The position numbers and the translations under genes were made by a program. This document shows, piece after piece, positions 47,372 to 58,269 of a DNA stretch of 64,000 bases. A model generated the notes under the pieces. The model searched no databases. It was not told the origin of the DNA and saw only the letters and a program-made list of their open reading frames with translations. Within the stretch, counting starts at the first letter, position 1; every line of letters starts with the position of its first letter. This DNA is from Myxococcales bacterium (GTDB lineage Bacteria > Myxococcota > Myxococcia > Myxococcales > 40CM-4-68-19): NCBI GenBank assembly GCA_036513415.1, contig DATBZA010000147.1:2452-66451 (forward strand). The letters run 5' to 3'.

Positions 47372-48400
47372 CTAGACGGCGATGCCGGTTGGGCAGGACA
47401 CACCGGTTCCACCGAGGCCGCAGTATCCGCCCGGGTTCTTCGCCAGGTACTGCTGGTGGTAGTCCTCCGCGTAGTAGAAGGGCGGCTCCGGGGCGATCTC
47501 GGTCGTGATCGCGCCGTAACCGGCCTTGCGCAGCGAGGCCTGGAACGCCTCGCGCGACTGCTCCGCTGCCTCGCGCTGCGCCGGCGTCGAGGGATAGATG
47601 GCGCTTCGGTACTGCGTGCCCACGTCGTTGCCCTGTCGCATGCCCTGGGTCGGATCATGGCCCTCCCAGAACGCGCGCAGCAGCTCGGCGTAGGAGATCC
47701 GCTTCGGGTCGTACACCACCAGCACTGCCTCGGTGTGCCCGGTCGCTCCAGAGCAGACCTCGCGGTAGGTCGGATTCTTGGTGAATCCGCCGGCGTACCC
47801 CACCGCTGTCGTGTACACGCCGTCGAGCTCCCAGAACTTCCGCTCGGCCCCCCAGAAGCAACCCATCCCGAAGAGGGCGCGCTCGTGACCCTCGGGGAAG
47901 GGCGGCACCAGAGGGGTGCCCAGGACGACGTGCCGCGGCGGGACTCGCATCGGCTCGAGGCGGTCCGGGAGTGCTTCTTCGGGGGTTGGCATGCGCAGAG
48001 ATCCCATGGCCGGATTGTGCGCGGCGGGCGTGCTCCCCGCAATCCGGTCCCCGGGATCGACTGAACCCAGCTCGAGCAGGTCTCCTTCGCGGGTCCCGGT
48101 GCGCGCGAGCGTGCCGCCGGGCAGCTCCACCACCATGGCGGCGCGTGGATGGAAGCGGGTGGCGCGCCACGGCTTCAGGCGGGAGATCGCGCGGATCACG
48201 CGGAAGTCGCGCGAGAGGAACGCCGCGTCGATGGGAAAGCGCATGAAGAAGGTGTGGATCGACGTGCAGGGCTCGATGAGAAGCGCGTCGCCCTCCTGCA
48301 GCGACTCGCGTCCGAGCAGGCCGCGGATCCGCGCGATCGGCGTCGCTGCGCGTTCCACGCGGTTGGCCAGGACCGCACCCGTGCGCGGGTTGCGCACCAT
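47372..48400 (-). CDS. msrA: DUF192 domain fused in frame to peptide-methionine (S)-S-oxide reductase MsrA
   Basis: N-terminal [31 protein letters not shown]...[14 protein letters not shown] (DUF192 pattern) runs with no stop into GMGCFWGAE...HQQYL (MsrA). Internal ATGs at 48007 and 47992 could also give a stand-alone MsrA. Confidence 0.8.
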   Translation of the reverse strand: MVRNPRTGAVLANRVERAATPIARIRGLLGRESLQEGDALLIEPCTSIHTFFMRFPIDAAFLSRDFRVIRAISRLKPWRATRFHPRAAMVVELPGGTLARTGTREGDLLELGSVDPGDRIAGSTPAAHNPAMGSLRMPTPEEALPDRLEPMRVPPRHVVLGTPLVPPFPEGHERALFGMGCFWGAERKFWELDGVYTTAVGYAGGFTKNPTYREVCSGATGHTEAVLVVYDPKRISYAELLRAFWEGHDPTQGMRQGNDVGTQYRSAIYPSTPAQREAAEQSREAFQASLRKAGYGAITTEIAPEPPFYYAEDYHQQYLAKNPGGYCGLGGTGVSCPTGIAV

Positions 48401-49344
48401 CACGGGCGCACCAGCGAGACCCGCGGACCCAGCCCCACCGTCAGGCGGCCGGTCTTGCTCGAGTAGATCTCGCCGTCCAGGAACCAGGAGAGCGGAGCGC
48501 GCGCCGAAAGCTCCAGCTCCTCGCCGACGCCTTCGAGCAAGCGGTCGCGCCGTGCGGGCAGGCCGCAGAGCAGCCGCGGCAACTCGAGCGCGAACTGGCG
48601 AGGGCCGGCGGTCAGACCGAGGACCTGGAACGCGCCGGGCTGTTCGGTGGCGCGGCGGAACGGCCGCAGCCCGAGCCCGGCTTCCGCCACGGACGAGCAG
48701 ACCAGTCCGTAGATCTCGATGCGCGGCCATTCCTCGCCATCCAGCCTGACCCGCAGGTCCATCGGGGCGTAAAGCTTGCGGGCAAAGGGGCCCCGGGTCA
48801 GCGACGACCCCAGAGCGCGCGCGAAGATGCGCGCGCTGGTCAGCGGTCCGGCGTTTCCGGTCGCGTAGATCGCTTCGATGAAGCGGACCGGAAGGCCCAC
48901 CCCGAAACGGAATCCGCAGCGCGCACCGGTCCGGGCCCCCTCCTCCAGGATCCGCAGCGTGTCGCGCTGCTCGACGCGCAGCTCGTTGCCCGAAGCGAGC
49001 GCTTCCGACAGGCGGCGCAGGCGCTGCTCCGCGTCGCCCTTGCCGCCGAGGGGAGCGAGGGAATCGTATGCGCCGCCGCCGAGCAGCGCGAGCGGCGGGA
49101 GATCGTTGCCGAGCGCGCCGGCGAGGGCGGTGACCGTATGGGTGACGGTGCCGTCCCCCCCCGCTATGGCGAGGACGCGCGGCCGGTCCGCCGCGACCGC
49201 CTTGGCCACGGCGGCCAGCTCCTCCGGTCCGCGGGTCTCGAGGATCGAGGCCCCAGGCGCCGCTTTCCGAAGCTGCTCCGCCGCCAGCGGCCATTGGCGG
49301 TTGCGGCGGGCGTTCGGATTGGCGATGATCGTGATCCCCGCCAT
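48400..49344 (-). CDS. diacylglycerol/lipid kinase family protein (DAGK catalytic domain, YegS/BmrU-like)
   Basis: ATG 49344 ([12 protein letters not shown]) lies within ORF 48400..49533. AIAGGDGTV motif. ATGA overlap with the downstream DUF192-msrA gene. Confidence 0.82.
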   Translation of the reverse strand: MAGITIIANPNARRNRQWPLAAEQLRKAAPGASILETRGPEELAAVAKAVAADRPRVLAIAGGDGTVTHTVTALAGALGNDLPPLALLGGGAYDSLAPLGGKGDAEQRLRRLSEALASGNELRVEQRDTLRILEEGARTGARCGFRFGVGLPVRFIEAIYATGNAGPLTSARIFARALGSSLTRGPFARKLYAPMDLRVRLDGEEWPRIEIYGLVCSSVAEAGLGLRPFRRATEQPGAFQVLGLTAGPRQFALELPRLLCGLPARRDRLLEGVGEELELSARAPLSWFLDGEIYSSKTGRLTVGLGPRVSLVRP

Positions 49345-49417
49345 GCCGGCACCGAATACCGGGCAGAAGCCTGCGGCACAAGGGCTCTTTCTCGACCCGC
49401 GCAAGACGCGCCTGAGC

Positions 49418-49894
49418 GTGGTGCTCGTCGAGCCGAAGATTCCCCCCAACACGGGCAACGTGGCCCGCCTCTGCGCGGTCACCGGATCGCGACTGCATCT
49501 GGTGGCGCCGCTCGGGTTCCGGATCGACGACAAGGATCTGCGCCGGGCGGGACTCGATTACTGGGACAAGGTGTACGCCGCGACCTGGAGCTCGTTCGAC
49601 GAGCTGCTGGAAGCCGAGGGAGTCTCCCCAGAGCGGCTGCACTTGTTCTCCGGCCGCGCCGGGACCGGCCTCTGGGCTGCCCGCTTCTCCGCTGGCGATT
49701 ACCTGGTGATGGGCGACGAGGTGGGTGGCCTTCCCCAGGCCCTGCTGGATCGTTTCGTCAGCCGGCAGGTGAGGGTGCCGATGGTGCCCGAACCGAGCGC
49801 GCGGAGCCTCAATCTGTCCACCTGCACCGGCATCGCCGTGTACGAGGCGCTCCGACAGATCGAGAAGGGGCAACCCCCCGGAACTTCGGGGTAG
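49418..49894 (+). CDS. trmL: tRNA (cytidine/uridine-2'-O-)-methyltransferase TrmL (SpoU family)
   Basis: [23 protein letters not shown] matches the TrmL N-terminus. GTG 49418 is preferred. The alternative ATG 49343 would overlap the divergent kinase start. Confidence 0.85.
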   Translation: MVLVEPKIPPNTGNVARLCAVTGSRLHLVAPLGFRIDDKDLRRAGLDYWDKVYAATWSSFDELLEAEGVSPERLHLFSGRAGTGLWAARFSAGDYLVMGDEVGGLPQALLDRFVSRQVRVPMVPEPSARSLNLSTCTGIAVYEALRQIEKGQPPGTSG

Positions 49895-49903
49895 GATGGT
49901 TGC

Positions 49904-51676
49904 GTGGATACGTTCGAGCTCCTCCCCTCGCTGGCACAGGGAGAACTGTCCGATACCAGTACGCCGGAGCTCGTAGCGGCGGTCTTCCGGTCGCGGGCGA
50001 GCGGGACCCTCTGGCTCGAGACGCCGCAGGCTCCAGAGATCCGGGTCTTTTTCCACGCCGGCGACATGTGCGGCACCACCTCGTTTCCCGGCGTCCAGAA
50101 CCTCGCGCAAGTCCTGCTCGCCAACGACTGGGTGAACGCGCTCGACATCGACTCGAGCCGCGAAGAAGCTGCGAAGACAGGCAAGCGTCACGGGGCGATC
50201 ATGGTGGCGAAGGGGCTCCTGACCACGGAGCAGCTCCGCGCGGCCTTGGTCGCGCAGCACACCACCAATCTCTTGACGCTGATGGGAATCACCGAGGGAA
50301 AGTACGACTGGCGCGGCTGGGAGCCGCCTCCCGCCTGGGCCCGCGAAGTGGTGGTGGATCCCGTCGGCTGCCTGGTCGATGCCTTGGAGCAGGAGCAGCA
50401 CGCGCAGCGGCGCGCCAAGGTGATGCGGTGGCTGGGCGACCACCCGGTCCGGCTTTCGGTGGACTGGCCGGATCTGCAGGCGCGCCTCGCGCTCGCTCCG
50501 ATCGATCGTCGGGCGGCTGCGGTGCTGGCCCTTCCGCGGCGCCTGCAGGAGTTCGTGCGCGCATCCCAGCTCGCGCAATCGCGCGCGGAAGCAGTGCTCG
50601 CTGCGCTTCTCCTCGCTGGAGGCGCGGAGCCTCAGCCCGAGGGAGACGTCCGCGCCCCGGCCCCCGCGGCGTCGGAGCAGACCAGGGTGCAGTCGCCTGC
50701 CGGCAACGACGAGGAGCTGGAGCTGGATCTGCCGCCGGCGCCGGCGCCGTCCGCCGGCGAGCCGGAACCGCCTGCGGCGGAGGCAGGTGCCGGCATGGAT
50801 CGGGAGCGCGCGAACGACTTGCGCAAGAAGATGCTCGCGCGCGGAATCCGCAATCTGGGCTCGCTGCCCACGCGGGAGGAGTACGAGGGCTCCGTCGCCG
50901 TGACGCCAAAAGTAACGGCGTCGAAGGCGAAGGGCCAGCTTGCGCCGGACGAGCAACGATTCGCTGACGAGGTGCGCTCCCGCGTCGAGCAGGCGCCGGG
51001 CCAGAGCGCGTACGCCCGGCTCGGGGTGGATCCGGGCGCCACCAGCGAGACGATCCGGAACGCGTACCTGGAGGCGGCCAAGCGATTCCATCCGGACCAC
51101 TCCGCCAGCCCCGGCCTGGCATCGGTGCAGGCCGAGCTGCAGACGCTCTTCGCGCTCCTCAAGGAGGCGTACGAGACGATCTCCACGCCCGAGGCGCGCA
51201 CCCGCTACGACGCGTCGCTGAAGGCTGCCCACGGCGGCACGCGCAAGGAGGAGTCGGCGATCGCGCTCAAGATGGGCGACGTCCTGCTCAAGAAGCGCGA
51301 TTTCGAGGCGGCGCTGGCCAAGCTGCGGCGCGCGGTGGACCTGGACGCCACGGGAGACGCGCTCGCGGCGCTCGCTTGGGGGCTGGTGAGCGATCCCAAG
51401 GCTTCCCAGCAGGCGAAGGAAGAGGCAGCATCGCTGATCAACCGGGCGCTCCGGGCACCGGGCGTCACCGCGCGGACTTACTACGTCGCCGGTGTGCTCT
51501 GGCGGACGAAGGATCCCGAGTCCGCCCTGGACGCATTCCGCAAGGCGCTGGAGATCGATCCCAAGCACCCGGACGCGGCGCTCGAGATCCGGCTGATGGA
51601 GCAGCGGCGCGGGAAGCCTCCGAAGGGGGGCGGGGGCGTGCTCTCGGGCTTGCTCTTCGGGAAGCGGAAAGGTTGA
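49904..51676 (+). CDS. DUF4388 (PATAN-like) domain, J domain and TPR protein
   Basis: N-terminal [36 protein letters not shown] domain [31 protein letters not shown], and C-terminal TPR. GTG start. Confidence 0.8.
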   Translation: MDTFELLPSLAQGELSDTSTPELVAAVFRSRASGTLWLETPQAPEIRVFFHAGDMCGTTSFPGVQNLAQVLLANDWVNALDIDSSREEAAKTGKRHGAIMVAKGLLTTEQLRAALVAQHTTNLLTLMGITEGKYDWRGWEPPPAWAREVVVDPVGCLVDALEQEQHAQRRAKVMRWLGDHPVRLSVDWPDLQARLALAPIDRRAAAVLALPRRLQEFVRASQLAQSRAEAVLAALLLAGGAEPQPEGDVRAPAPAASEQTRVQSPAGNDEELELDLPPAPAPSAGEPEPPAAEAGAGMDRERANDLRKKMLARGIRNLGSLPTREEYEGSVAVTPKVTASKAKGQLAPDEQRFADEVRSRVEQAPGQSAYARLGVDPGATSETIRNAYLEAAKRFHPDHSASPGLASVQAELQTLFALLKEAYETISTPEARTRYDASLKAAHGGTRKEESAIALKMGDVLLKKRDFEAALAKLRRAVDLDATGDALAALAWGLVSDPKASQQAKEEAASLINRALRAPGVTARTYYVAGVLWRTKDPESALDAFRKALEIDPKHPDAALEIRLMEQRRGKPPKGGGGVLSGLLFGKRKG

Positions 51677-53538
51677 TGTCCAAGGAGACGGTGTTGGTCG
51701 CGGACGGCGATCCGCGGAGCTTGCGCCTCTTCGAGCTCGCGCTGCGCAGGGCGGGTTTCGCGGTGGAGTCGGCCGCGGACGGCGGGCAAGCGATGCGAAA
51801 GCTGCTCGAGACGCCGGTCCAGGCCGCGGTGTGCGACGTCGCGCTGTCGGAGCCGGACGGTCTCGCGCTCTGCCGGGCGGCCCGCGCCCACCAGGGGCTT
51901 GCGGGGATTCCCTTCCTGCTCGTCGGCGCTCTGGATCCGGCCGCGAAGGCGCGGGCGGTCGAGGCGGGTGCGGACGACTACCTCGCCAAGCCGGTCCTCC
52001 TCAAGGAACTGGTCCAGCGGGTGCAGCACCTGCTCGAGCGGCGGCGCCTCTCCGATCCCGGGCCTCCCACCGCGCTCACCGGCTCGGTGCGGGACCTGGG
52101 GCTGCTGGACCTCTTCCGGTCGCTCGAGAGCTGGCGGAAGGACGCCGTGGTCCGCTGCGAAAGAGGCGGGCAGCTCGCGCGCGTCTGGGTTCTCGAGGGC
52201 GAGGTCATCGACGCCGAGCTGGGACCCGTTTCCGGTGACGTCGCGTTCTGGCGGCTGATGACCTGGGAGGAGGGCGAGTTTCGCGTCGACTTCGCGGATG
52301 CAGGCAAGCGTGAGCGCCGCATCCACGGGGGGACGCAGGGTGCACTGCTGGAGGCCATGCGGCGCGTGGAGGAGCTGGCCCGCGTCGCCCAGGCGTTGCC
52401 GATGGACACGCAGCTCACCGTGGACGTCGCAAGGCTCGAGGCGCGGTTGGCCGACCTGCCCGACGAGATCAATGAAGTGCTCCGGATCTTCGACGGCGGG
52501 CGGGCCTTGCGCGCGGCCCTCGATCTATCGCCCTCCGACGACCTGTCCACGGTGGGGGTCGTGCAGCAACTGATCGCCGACGGGATCTTGCGCCCGGCGT
52601 CGCGGCCAGCATCCCTGCAGCATTGGGTGTCCGCGCCGCCGCCGGGATCCGCGCCTGCGGAGCCGGCGGCGCCTCGGATCGTCCACTTCCCGCCCCTGCG
52701 CGGCATGCGCCGCGAGCGGTTGCGCCGCGAGGCTGAGCAGGCCAGGGTGAAACTCGCCTCCGGAGAGCCCGTCCGCCTGCACCACGTGGTCGATCTGCCG
52801 CCACGCGGCCAGGAAGAGATGCTGGGCGAGTTGCGGCGGGTCTCGCCAGCCGTCGGGGAAGCGGCGAAGACGTTCACGGCCGATGCGCAGCTCGCGCGCG
52901 TGCTGATCCCCGACCACGCCCGGGCCACCGAACCACCGCCGATCGCGCCGGTGGCCTCGACCACGCCGCCGCCTGGAGTCGGCGCCGCAGCCGGGGCGCG
53001 ACCGCGTCGCAGGTGGGCCTGGTTCTTCATCGCAACCGTTGCGCTCACCCTCGCCTGGGTCCTGCGTCCCCAGCCCAGGACGGAGCGCAGGGACGCGCCG
53101 TGGCTGGAAACGAAGGGCCTGGAAGCACCTTTGGGCGCCGAGGTGACCGCCGCGGGCGTCGCAGCCGGACCGACGGGCTACGCGGAGGCGGTAGGTCGCG
53201 GGAACGACCTGTTCCGGCAGGGAAAGTATGGGGCGGCCGCCGGCGAATACCGCAAGGCGCTGTCGCTCCGGCGGGACGCGGTGCCCGTCCTGATCTCGCT
53301 CGGCGACGCACATCTCGCGGCGGACCAGCCGCGGAGCGCGCTGGAGCCTCTCGAGCGGGCCGCGCGGCTCGATCCGACGAGCGCCCGCGCACAGCTCTTG
53401 CTCGGGACGACCTACCATTCGCTGGGCCGGATCCGCGATGCGGTGAAGGCCTACCGGCGGTATCTGGAATTGGAGCCGACGAGCGAGTTCGCCAAGGACG
53501 TGCAGGTGATCCTCGCGAACCTGGGCCCCCCGGGTTAA
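51676..53538 (+). CDS. response regulator with DUF4388 (PATAN-like) and C-terminal TPR domains
   Basis: Receiver domain (VLVADGDP...[10 protein letters not shown]...DDYLAKP), then [27 protein letters not shown]...EGEVIDAE, a TM-like segment and TPR. 1-nt overlap with the upstream stop. Confidence 0.85.
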   Translation: MSKETVLVADGDPRSLRLFELALRRAGFAVESAADGGQAMRKLLETPVQAAVCDVALSEPDGLALCRAARAHQGLAGIPFLLVGALDPAAKARAVEAGADDYLAKPVLLKELVQRVQHLLERRRLSDPGPPTALTGSVRDLGLLDLFRSLESWRKDAVVRCERGGQLARVWVLEGEVIDAELGPVSGDVAFWRLMTWEEGEFRVDFADAGKRERRIHGGTQGALLEAMRRVEELARVAQALPMDTQLTVDVARLEARLADLPDEINEVLRIFDGGRALRAALDLSPSDDLSTVGVVQQLIADGILRPASRPASLQHWVSAPPPGSAPAEPAAPRIVHFPPLRGMRRERLRREAEQARVKLASGEPVRLHHVVDLPPRGQEEMLGELRRVSPAVGEAAKTFTADAQLARVLIPDHARATEPPPIAPVASTTPPPGVGAAAGARPRRRWAWFFIATVALTLAWVLRPQPRTERRDAPWLETKGLEAPLGAEVTAAGVAAGPTGYAEAVGRGNDLFRQGKYGAAAGEYRKALSLRRDAVPVLISLGDAHLAADQPRSALEPLERAARLDPTSARAQLLLGTTYHSLGRIRDAVKAYRRYLELEPTSEFAKDVQVILANLGPPG

Positions 53539-53550
53539 ATCTCCGCGCGC

Positions 53551-54567
53551 ATGCGCGTCCTGGGGCTGGAAACGAGCTGCGACGAAACCGCGGCCGCGGT
53601 GGTCGAGACGGGCGAGGGCCTGCGCGGACGCGTGCTCGCGGACGTGGTGCACACGCAGAAGGAGGTGCACGAGAAATGGGGAGGAGTGGTGCCGGAGCTC
53701 GCCTCCAGGGACCACCTGCAGCGGGTGCTGCCCGTGCTCGACGAGGCGCTGCGGAAGGCCGGCTGCGAGCTGCGCGAGCTGGACGGCATCTCCGTCACCC
53801 GGGGGCCGGGGCTGGTCGGCGCGCTGCTCGTCGGCGTGCAGGTGGGGAAGTCGCTCGCTGCCGCCTCCGGACTTCCGATCGTCGGCGTCAACCACATCGA
53901 GGGACACGTGTTAGCGGTGTTGCTCGCGGAACAGGCGCCGGTTCCGCCTTGGCTCGCCCTGGTCGTTTCCGGAGGCCATACCTCGCTCTACGACGTGCGC
54001 GCGCTGGGCGAATACCGCGCCCTGGGCCACACGCTCGACGATGCGGCGGGAGAGGCGTTCGACAAGGTCGCCAAGCTTCTGGGACTGCCCTACCCCGGGG
54101 GTGCCCACCTCGATCGGCTGGCGCGCGGGGGCAACCCCAAGGCGATCGATTTCCCCCGCGGACTCGCCCGCCGCTCGCGCGCGGCGTTCGATTTTTCGTT
54201 CAGCGGCCTGAAGACCGCAGTGCTGACGCACGTGCGCGAGCACGGCGTTCCGTCCGGCCAGGCTCTTTCGGATCTCTGCGCATCCTTCCAGGAGGCCGTG
54301 TGCGACGCGCTCACGCAGCGGGCGCTGCGGGCAGCCCGGCACGCCAGGTCGCCGGCGCTGGTGATCTGCGGCGGGGTGGCGGCGAACTCCCGCCTGCGGG
54401 CCCTGGCAGAGGAGCGGTGCGCGGCGGAAGGTGTCTCCCTCTTCCTGCCCGAGCCACGCCTCTGCACGGACAACGCAGCGATGATCGCGATGGCGGGCGC
54501 CCACCGGCTGCTCCGGGGCGAGCGCGCGGACGCGGCCATGTCGGCGGATCCGGGGTGGCGGCTGTGA
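53551..54567 (+). CDS. tsaD: tRNA N6-adenosine threonylcarbamoyltransferase TsaD
   Basis: LGLETSCDETAAAVV, VNHIEGH and GGVAAN motifs. Confidence 0.96.
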   Translation: MRVLGLETSCDETAAAVVETGEGLRGRVLADVVHTQKEVHEKWGGVVPELASRDHLQRVLPVLDEALRKAGCELRELDGISVTRGPGLVGALLVGVQVGKSLAAASGLPIVGVNHIEGHVLAVLLAEQAPVPPWLALVVSGGHTSLYDVRALGEYRALGHTLDDAAGEAFDKVAKLLGLPYPGGAHLDRLARGGNPKAIDFPRGLARRSRAAFDFSFSGLKTAVLTHVREHGVPSGQALSDLCASFQEAVCDALTQRALRAARHARSPALVICGGVAANSRLRALAEERCAAEGVSLFLPEPRLCTDNAAMIAMAGAHRLLRGERADAAMSADPGWRL

Positions 54568-55376
54568 AGCCAGCCGAGCTGCTGCGCCGGCACGGCCTGC
54601 GCCCGAAGAAAGGCTGGGGTCAGAATTTCCTCGGCGATGAGCAGCTCCTCTCCTCGCTCGCTGCGCTGGCGCGCCTGCGGCCCGGCGACCTCGCCGTCGA
54701 GCTCGGCGCGGGTCTCGGTCACTTCACGCGCGCGCTGGCCGCCACCGGCGCGCAGGTGGTGGCGGTGGAGCGGGATCGCGAGCTGGCCCCGATCCTGCGC
54801 GCCGAGCTGCCGGGCGTCCAGGTCGAGGAAGCGGATGCGAAGAGCTTTGACCTGCGCGGCGTCGCCGCCCGCGCGGGGCGGCGCGTGGTGGTCTGTGGAA
54901 ACCTTCCGTACCATCTCAGCTCGCCGATCCTCTTCCACCTGCTCGACCAGCGGGACTCGGTCCGGCGGGCCGTCCTGCTCCTGCAGCGCGAGGTAGCCGA
55001 GCGCATCGCCGCGCCACCGGGCGGACGGGACTACGGGCTGCTCTCGGTGTTGATCCAGCATGTGGCCGATGCCTCGATCGGCTTGCGGGTGCCGCGGCAC
55101 GCGTTCACGCCTCCTCCGGAAGTGGAGAGCGCGGCGCTGGTGCTGGAGTTCCTCGAACGGCCGCGCGCCGACGTGCGGGACGAGGCGCGGTTCCGAAAGC
55201 TGGTGAAGGCGGCTTTTTCGCAGAGGCGGAAGACGCTCTGGAACGCGGTGAAGTCGGTGCCGGGGGGGCGGGAGGCGCTGGAGAAGGCGGGGATCGATCC
55301 AAAGCGGCGCGGGGAGACGTTGACGGTGGAGGAGTTCGCGTCGGTGGAGCGGGCGCTGGAAGGTGAAGTAGGCTAA
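54564..55376 (+). CDS. rsmA: 16S rRNA (adenine1518/1519-N6)-dimethyltransferase RsmA/KsgA
   Basis: GQNFL, VELGAGLGHFT and GNLPYHLSSPILFHL motifs. GTGA overlap with tsaD. Confidence 0.95.
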   Translation: MKPAELLRRHGLRPKKGWGQNFLGDEQLLSSLAALARLRPGDLAVELGAGLGHFTRALAATGAQVVAVERDRELAPILRAELPGVQVEEADAKSFDLRGVAARAGRRVVVCGNLPYHLSSPILFHLLDQRDSVRRAVLLLQREVAERIAAPPGGRDYGLLSVLIQHVADASIGLRVPRHAFTPPPEVESAALVLEFLERPRADVRDEARFRKLVKAAFSQRRKTLWNAVKSVPGGREALEKAGIDPKRRGETLTVEEFASVERALEGEVG

Positions 55377-55377
55377 G

Positions 55378-55425
55378 GCTTCAGATCAACCGCCGAGCAC
55401 GCCGAGCACGCCGAGATGGAAAAGT
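55378..55425. repeat. family-A repeat, solo arm
   Basis: GCTTCAGATCAACCGCCGAGCACGCCGAGCACGCCGAGATGGAAAAG is near-identical to 13081..13128. No partner arm was found. Confidence 0.7.
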
Positions 55426-55456
55426 AGGCTGAGGAAGTTTTTTGGGGGGGTCTAGC

Positions 55457-55527
55457 GAGGTCTGCCCCCAATCGATCCCGTGAGCGGTTCTGGGCCATGC
55501 CGGCGGCAATTGATTTGGGCAGACCTC
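55457..55527. mobile_element. family-B mini inverted-repeat element
   Basis: Arms GAGGTCTGCCCCCAATCGAT and CAATTGATTTGGGCAGACCTC around a ~30-nt loop, between convergent rsmA and the tautomerase gene. Confidence 0.7.
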
Positions 55528-55541
55528 TGGCGCCACGCTCA

Positions 55542-55925
55542 TCAGGTCGCGTACTGGGCGATGCCATTTCCGAAGGACCAGTTCTCCTTTGCGACCTCGA
55601 CGAGGCTCACGAACACGTCCTCGGGCCGCACGCCCGGCGACTCGCGCAGGAGCTGGGCGATGCGCGCGAAGAGCGCTTTGCGCGCGTCCACCGTGCGGCC
55701 GGCGTTCAGCGTGATCTGGATGAGGATCACGCCGTCGGTGCGGGAGATGCCCAGATAGGACGGGTCGTAGATCAGCTCCGACTCGTCGTGCTCGGTGATG
55801 ATCTGGAACTTGTCCTGCTCGGGGATCTTGATGGCCTCCACCATCGCGCGGTGGATGGAGCTTCCGACGGCGCGGCGGAATTCGGGACTCGTGCCCTTGC
55901 GCAGGGCGATTCGGACCAGCGGCAT
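55542..55925 (-). CDS. tautomerase family protein (4-oxalocrotonate tautomerase-like, long form)
   Basis: ATG 55925 gives MPLVRIAL (catalytic Pro after Met). 127 aa. In frame within ORF 55542..56090. Confidence 0.8.
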   Translation of the reverse strand: MPLVRIALRKGTSPEFRRAVGSSIHRAMVEAIKIPEQDKFQIITEHDESELIYDPSYLGISRTDGVILIQITLNAGRTVDARKALFARIAQLLRESPGVRPEDVFVSLVEVAKENWSFGNGIAQYAT

Positions 55926-55960
55926 GCCGTTTCCGATGCCGGGGCCGGTGGACGGTTGCT

Positions 55961-57352
55961 TCAGGTCTGCGTGCGCAGGTGGAACGACTTCCGCCGGGTG
56001 AGCGGGAGGAAGCCATACTTCGAGAGCGACATGCCCTTGCCGGTGTCCTTCACCCCGGTCCACGGCAGCAGCGGATCGAGGTAGTCGCACCGGTTCATGA
56101 AGAAGGTTCCGGTCTCGATCTGCGCCCCGATGCGGAAGGCGCGCTCCTGGTCGCGCGTCCAGATGGCCGCGGTGAGGCCGTAGGGGCTGTCGTTCATCAG
56201 CCGGACCGCCTCGTCGTCGTCCGCGACCTTCTGCACGCCGACGATGGGCCCGAAGCTCTCCTCCACCATCAGGCCGTGCATGGAGTGGTTCGCATCGATC
56301 ACCAGGCAGGGGTCGAAGAACCGGCCCCGGCCGGCGGCGTCCTGGACCGGCTTTCCCCCGCAGAGCACCCGGCCCCCCTTCGCCCGCGCTTCGTCGACCT
56401 GCGCCGTGAGCTTCCGGGGCGCATCCGGCTGGGCCATCGGCCCCAGGGTGGTGTCGGTCTGCTGCGGATCGCCCAGGCGGTACTTGCGCACTTCGGCCAG
56501 CGCGCCTTCGACGAAGCGGTCGTAGAGCGAACCGTGCACGTAGATGCGCTCGATTCCGCAGCAGCTCTGGCCGGCGTTGTAGAAGGCGCCGTCGACGATG
56601 TTCGCGACCGCATGATCGAGGTCGGCATCGGGCGCCACGTAGGCAGGGTCCTTGCCGCCCAGCTCGAGGCCGACGTCGATGAAACGCTTCGCTCCTTCCC
56701 GGTAGAGCTCGTGCCCTCCGCGCACCGAGCCGGTGAAGCTGACGTAACCGACCTCCGGCCGGGCGACGATCTTCGCGCAGGTCTCGTGAGTGGCGTCGAT
56801 GGCGGTGACCAGGTTCTCGGGCGCGCCCGCGCGCTCGAAGGCGCGGGCAAAGGCGTCGCCGCAGAGCGCGGTGCGGTTCGCATGCTTGATGATGACCGCG
56901 TTGCCGGCCAGCACGGCGGGAACGACGACGTTGACGGTGATCAGCAGCGGGTAGTTCCAGGCGCTGATGTCGAGCACGACTCCCACCGGCTCGTGGCGGA
57001 CGAAGCGCGTGAATCCCGGCACGGGCGGCAGCGGGTCGTCGCGCAGCGCTTCGGGGGCCAGCGCCATCATCGCGCGTGCGCGCATCAGGGTGGTCTTCAC
57101 CTCCCCACGCGCCTGGGCGAGGGGCTTGCCCATCTGCAGCGTGACCTCACGGGCGACGCGCTCGGAGTCCTTCTCGAGCTCCTGGCAAAAGCGCTCGCAG
57201 AGCGCGATCCGCTCCGGGAGCGGCGTCTTCGCCCAGGACTTGTGCGCCCGGAACCCGCGCGTCACCACCGATTCGACCTCCGCGTCGCCGAGGAAGCGCC
57301 GCTCCGCGACCATCTCACCGCTGTACGGATTGTCGATGCGATGCGTGTCCAT
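55961..57352 (-). CDS. aldehyde dehydrogenase family protein
   Basis: FTGSVRGG, ELGGKDP and QSCCGIERIYV (catalytic Cys) motifs. ATG 57352 (MDTHRIDNPYSG) lies within ORF 55961..58111. Confidence 0.92.
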   Translation of the reverse strand: MDTHRIDNPYSGEMVAERRFLGDAEVESVVTRGFRAHKSWAKTPLPERIALCERFCQELEKDSERVAREVTLQMGKPLAQARGEVKTTLMRARAMMALAPEALRDDPLPPVPGFTRFVRHEPVGVVLDISAWNYPLLITVNVVVPAVLAGNAVIIKHANRTALCGDAFARAFERAGAPENLVTAIDATHETCAKIVARPEVGYVSFTGSVRGGHELYREGAKRFIDVGLELGGKDPAYVAPDADLDHAVANIVDGAFYNAGQSCCGIERIYVHGSLYDRFVEGALAEVRKYRLGDPQQTDTTLGPMAQPDAPRKLTAQVDEARAKGGRVLCGGKPVQDAAGRGRFFDPCLVIDANHSMHGLMVEESFGPIVGVQKVADDDEAVRLMNDSPYGLTAAIWTRDQERAFRIGAQIETGTFFMNRCDYLDPLLPWTGVKDTGKGMSLSKYGFLPLTRRKSFHLRTQT

Positions 57353-57454
57353 GGAAGGCACAGGATGCGACCTCGACGCTGCGCGCGCAAACCCGATCTG
57401 CGAAAAAATGTCAATGCTGCAACCGGGTGTGTTCTGTGCTGACATTCGCGCGCC

Positions 57455-58102
57455 GTGGAGCCGAGGCACCGCTACATCGTGGTCGAGGGACCCATCGGAG
57501 TCGGCAAGACGTCCTTGACGCGGACGCTCTCCAAGCGCTTCAACGCGCGCAGCGTGTTCGAGCTCGTCGAGGAGAACCCGTTCCTGGCCAGCTTCTACCA
57601 GGACCGGAACAAGCACGCCTTCCAGACCCAGCTCTTCTTCCTGCTCAGCCGCTTCAAGCAGCAGCAGGAGCTCTTCCAGCAGGAACTCTTCTCCCAGGTC
57701 ACCGTCAGCGACTACCTGTTCGCGAAGGACCGCATCTTCGCCTCCATCACGCTGGACCCGAACGAGCTGGCCCTCTACGAGCGGGTCTACGAGCACCTGG
57801 GCCCGCGCGTGATGAAGCCTGATCTCGTAATCTACCTGCAGGCGCGGCTCGACGTGCTGCTGTCGCGGATCCGGAAGCGCGGGCGCGAATTCGAGCGGAA
57901 GTTCGACCCCGAATACCTGGCGGAGCTGGCGCGGACGTACAATGACTTCTTCCACCGGTACGACGAGACGCCCTTGCTGGTCATCAATACCAGCGACATC
58001 GATTTCGTGGAGAGCGAGAGGGACTTCGAGGAGCTGATCCGGGCAATCGGATCGATCAAGGCGGGGACACACTACTATCAGCCCCTCGGCACGCGCGTTT
58101 GA
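57455..58102 (+). CDS. deoxynucleoside kinase
   Basis: P-loop EGPIGVGKTS, ENPFLASFYQD, and DR.. and R-K-R-GR motifs (RIRKRGREFE). Confidence 0.88.
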   Translation: MEPRHRYIVVEGPIGVGKTSLTRTLSKRFNARSVFELVEENPFLASFYQDRNKHAFQTQLFFLLSRFKQQQELFQQELFSQVTVSDYLFAKDRIFASITLDPNELALYERVYEHLGPRVMKPDLVIYLQARLDVLLSRIRKRGREFERKFDPEYLAELARTYNDFFHRYDETPLLVINTSDIDFVESERDFEELIRAIGSIKAGTHYYQPLGTRV

Positions 58103-58269
58103 AAGCGGCAATCGGACCGTCCCAGTGGCGCTTTGACGCAGCGATGATATCCTTCGCTTGCGGTACGGATCTGTCCCGAATCGGGCTGTCCGGAGCTCAA
58201 CCTATCCAAGGTGGGCCACCAGGACGAAGCGCACCGACGAGGGGCCAAAATGCGAAACGGAGGTGAACC

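Noticed and set aside
49342-49345. Divergent genes whose start codons overlap on opposite strands (CATG): lipid kinase at 49344 and trmL at 49343.
   Set aside because: More likely a start-site artefact. TrmL aligns to the known N-terminus from GTG 49418 ([14 protein letters not shown]), which leaves a normal 73-bp divergent promoter region.
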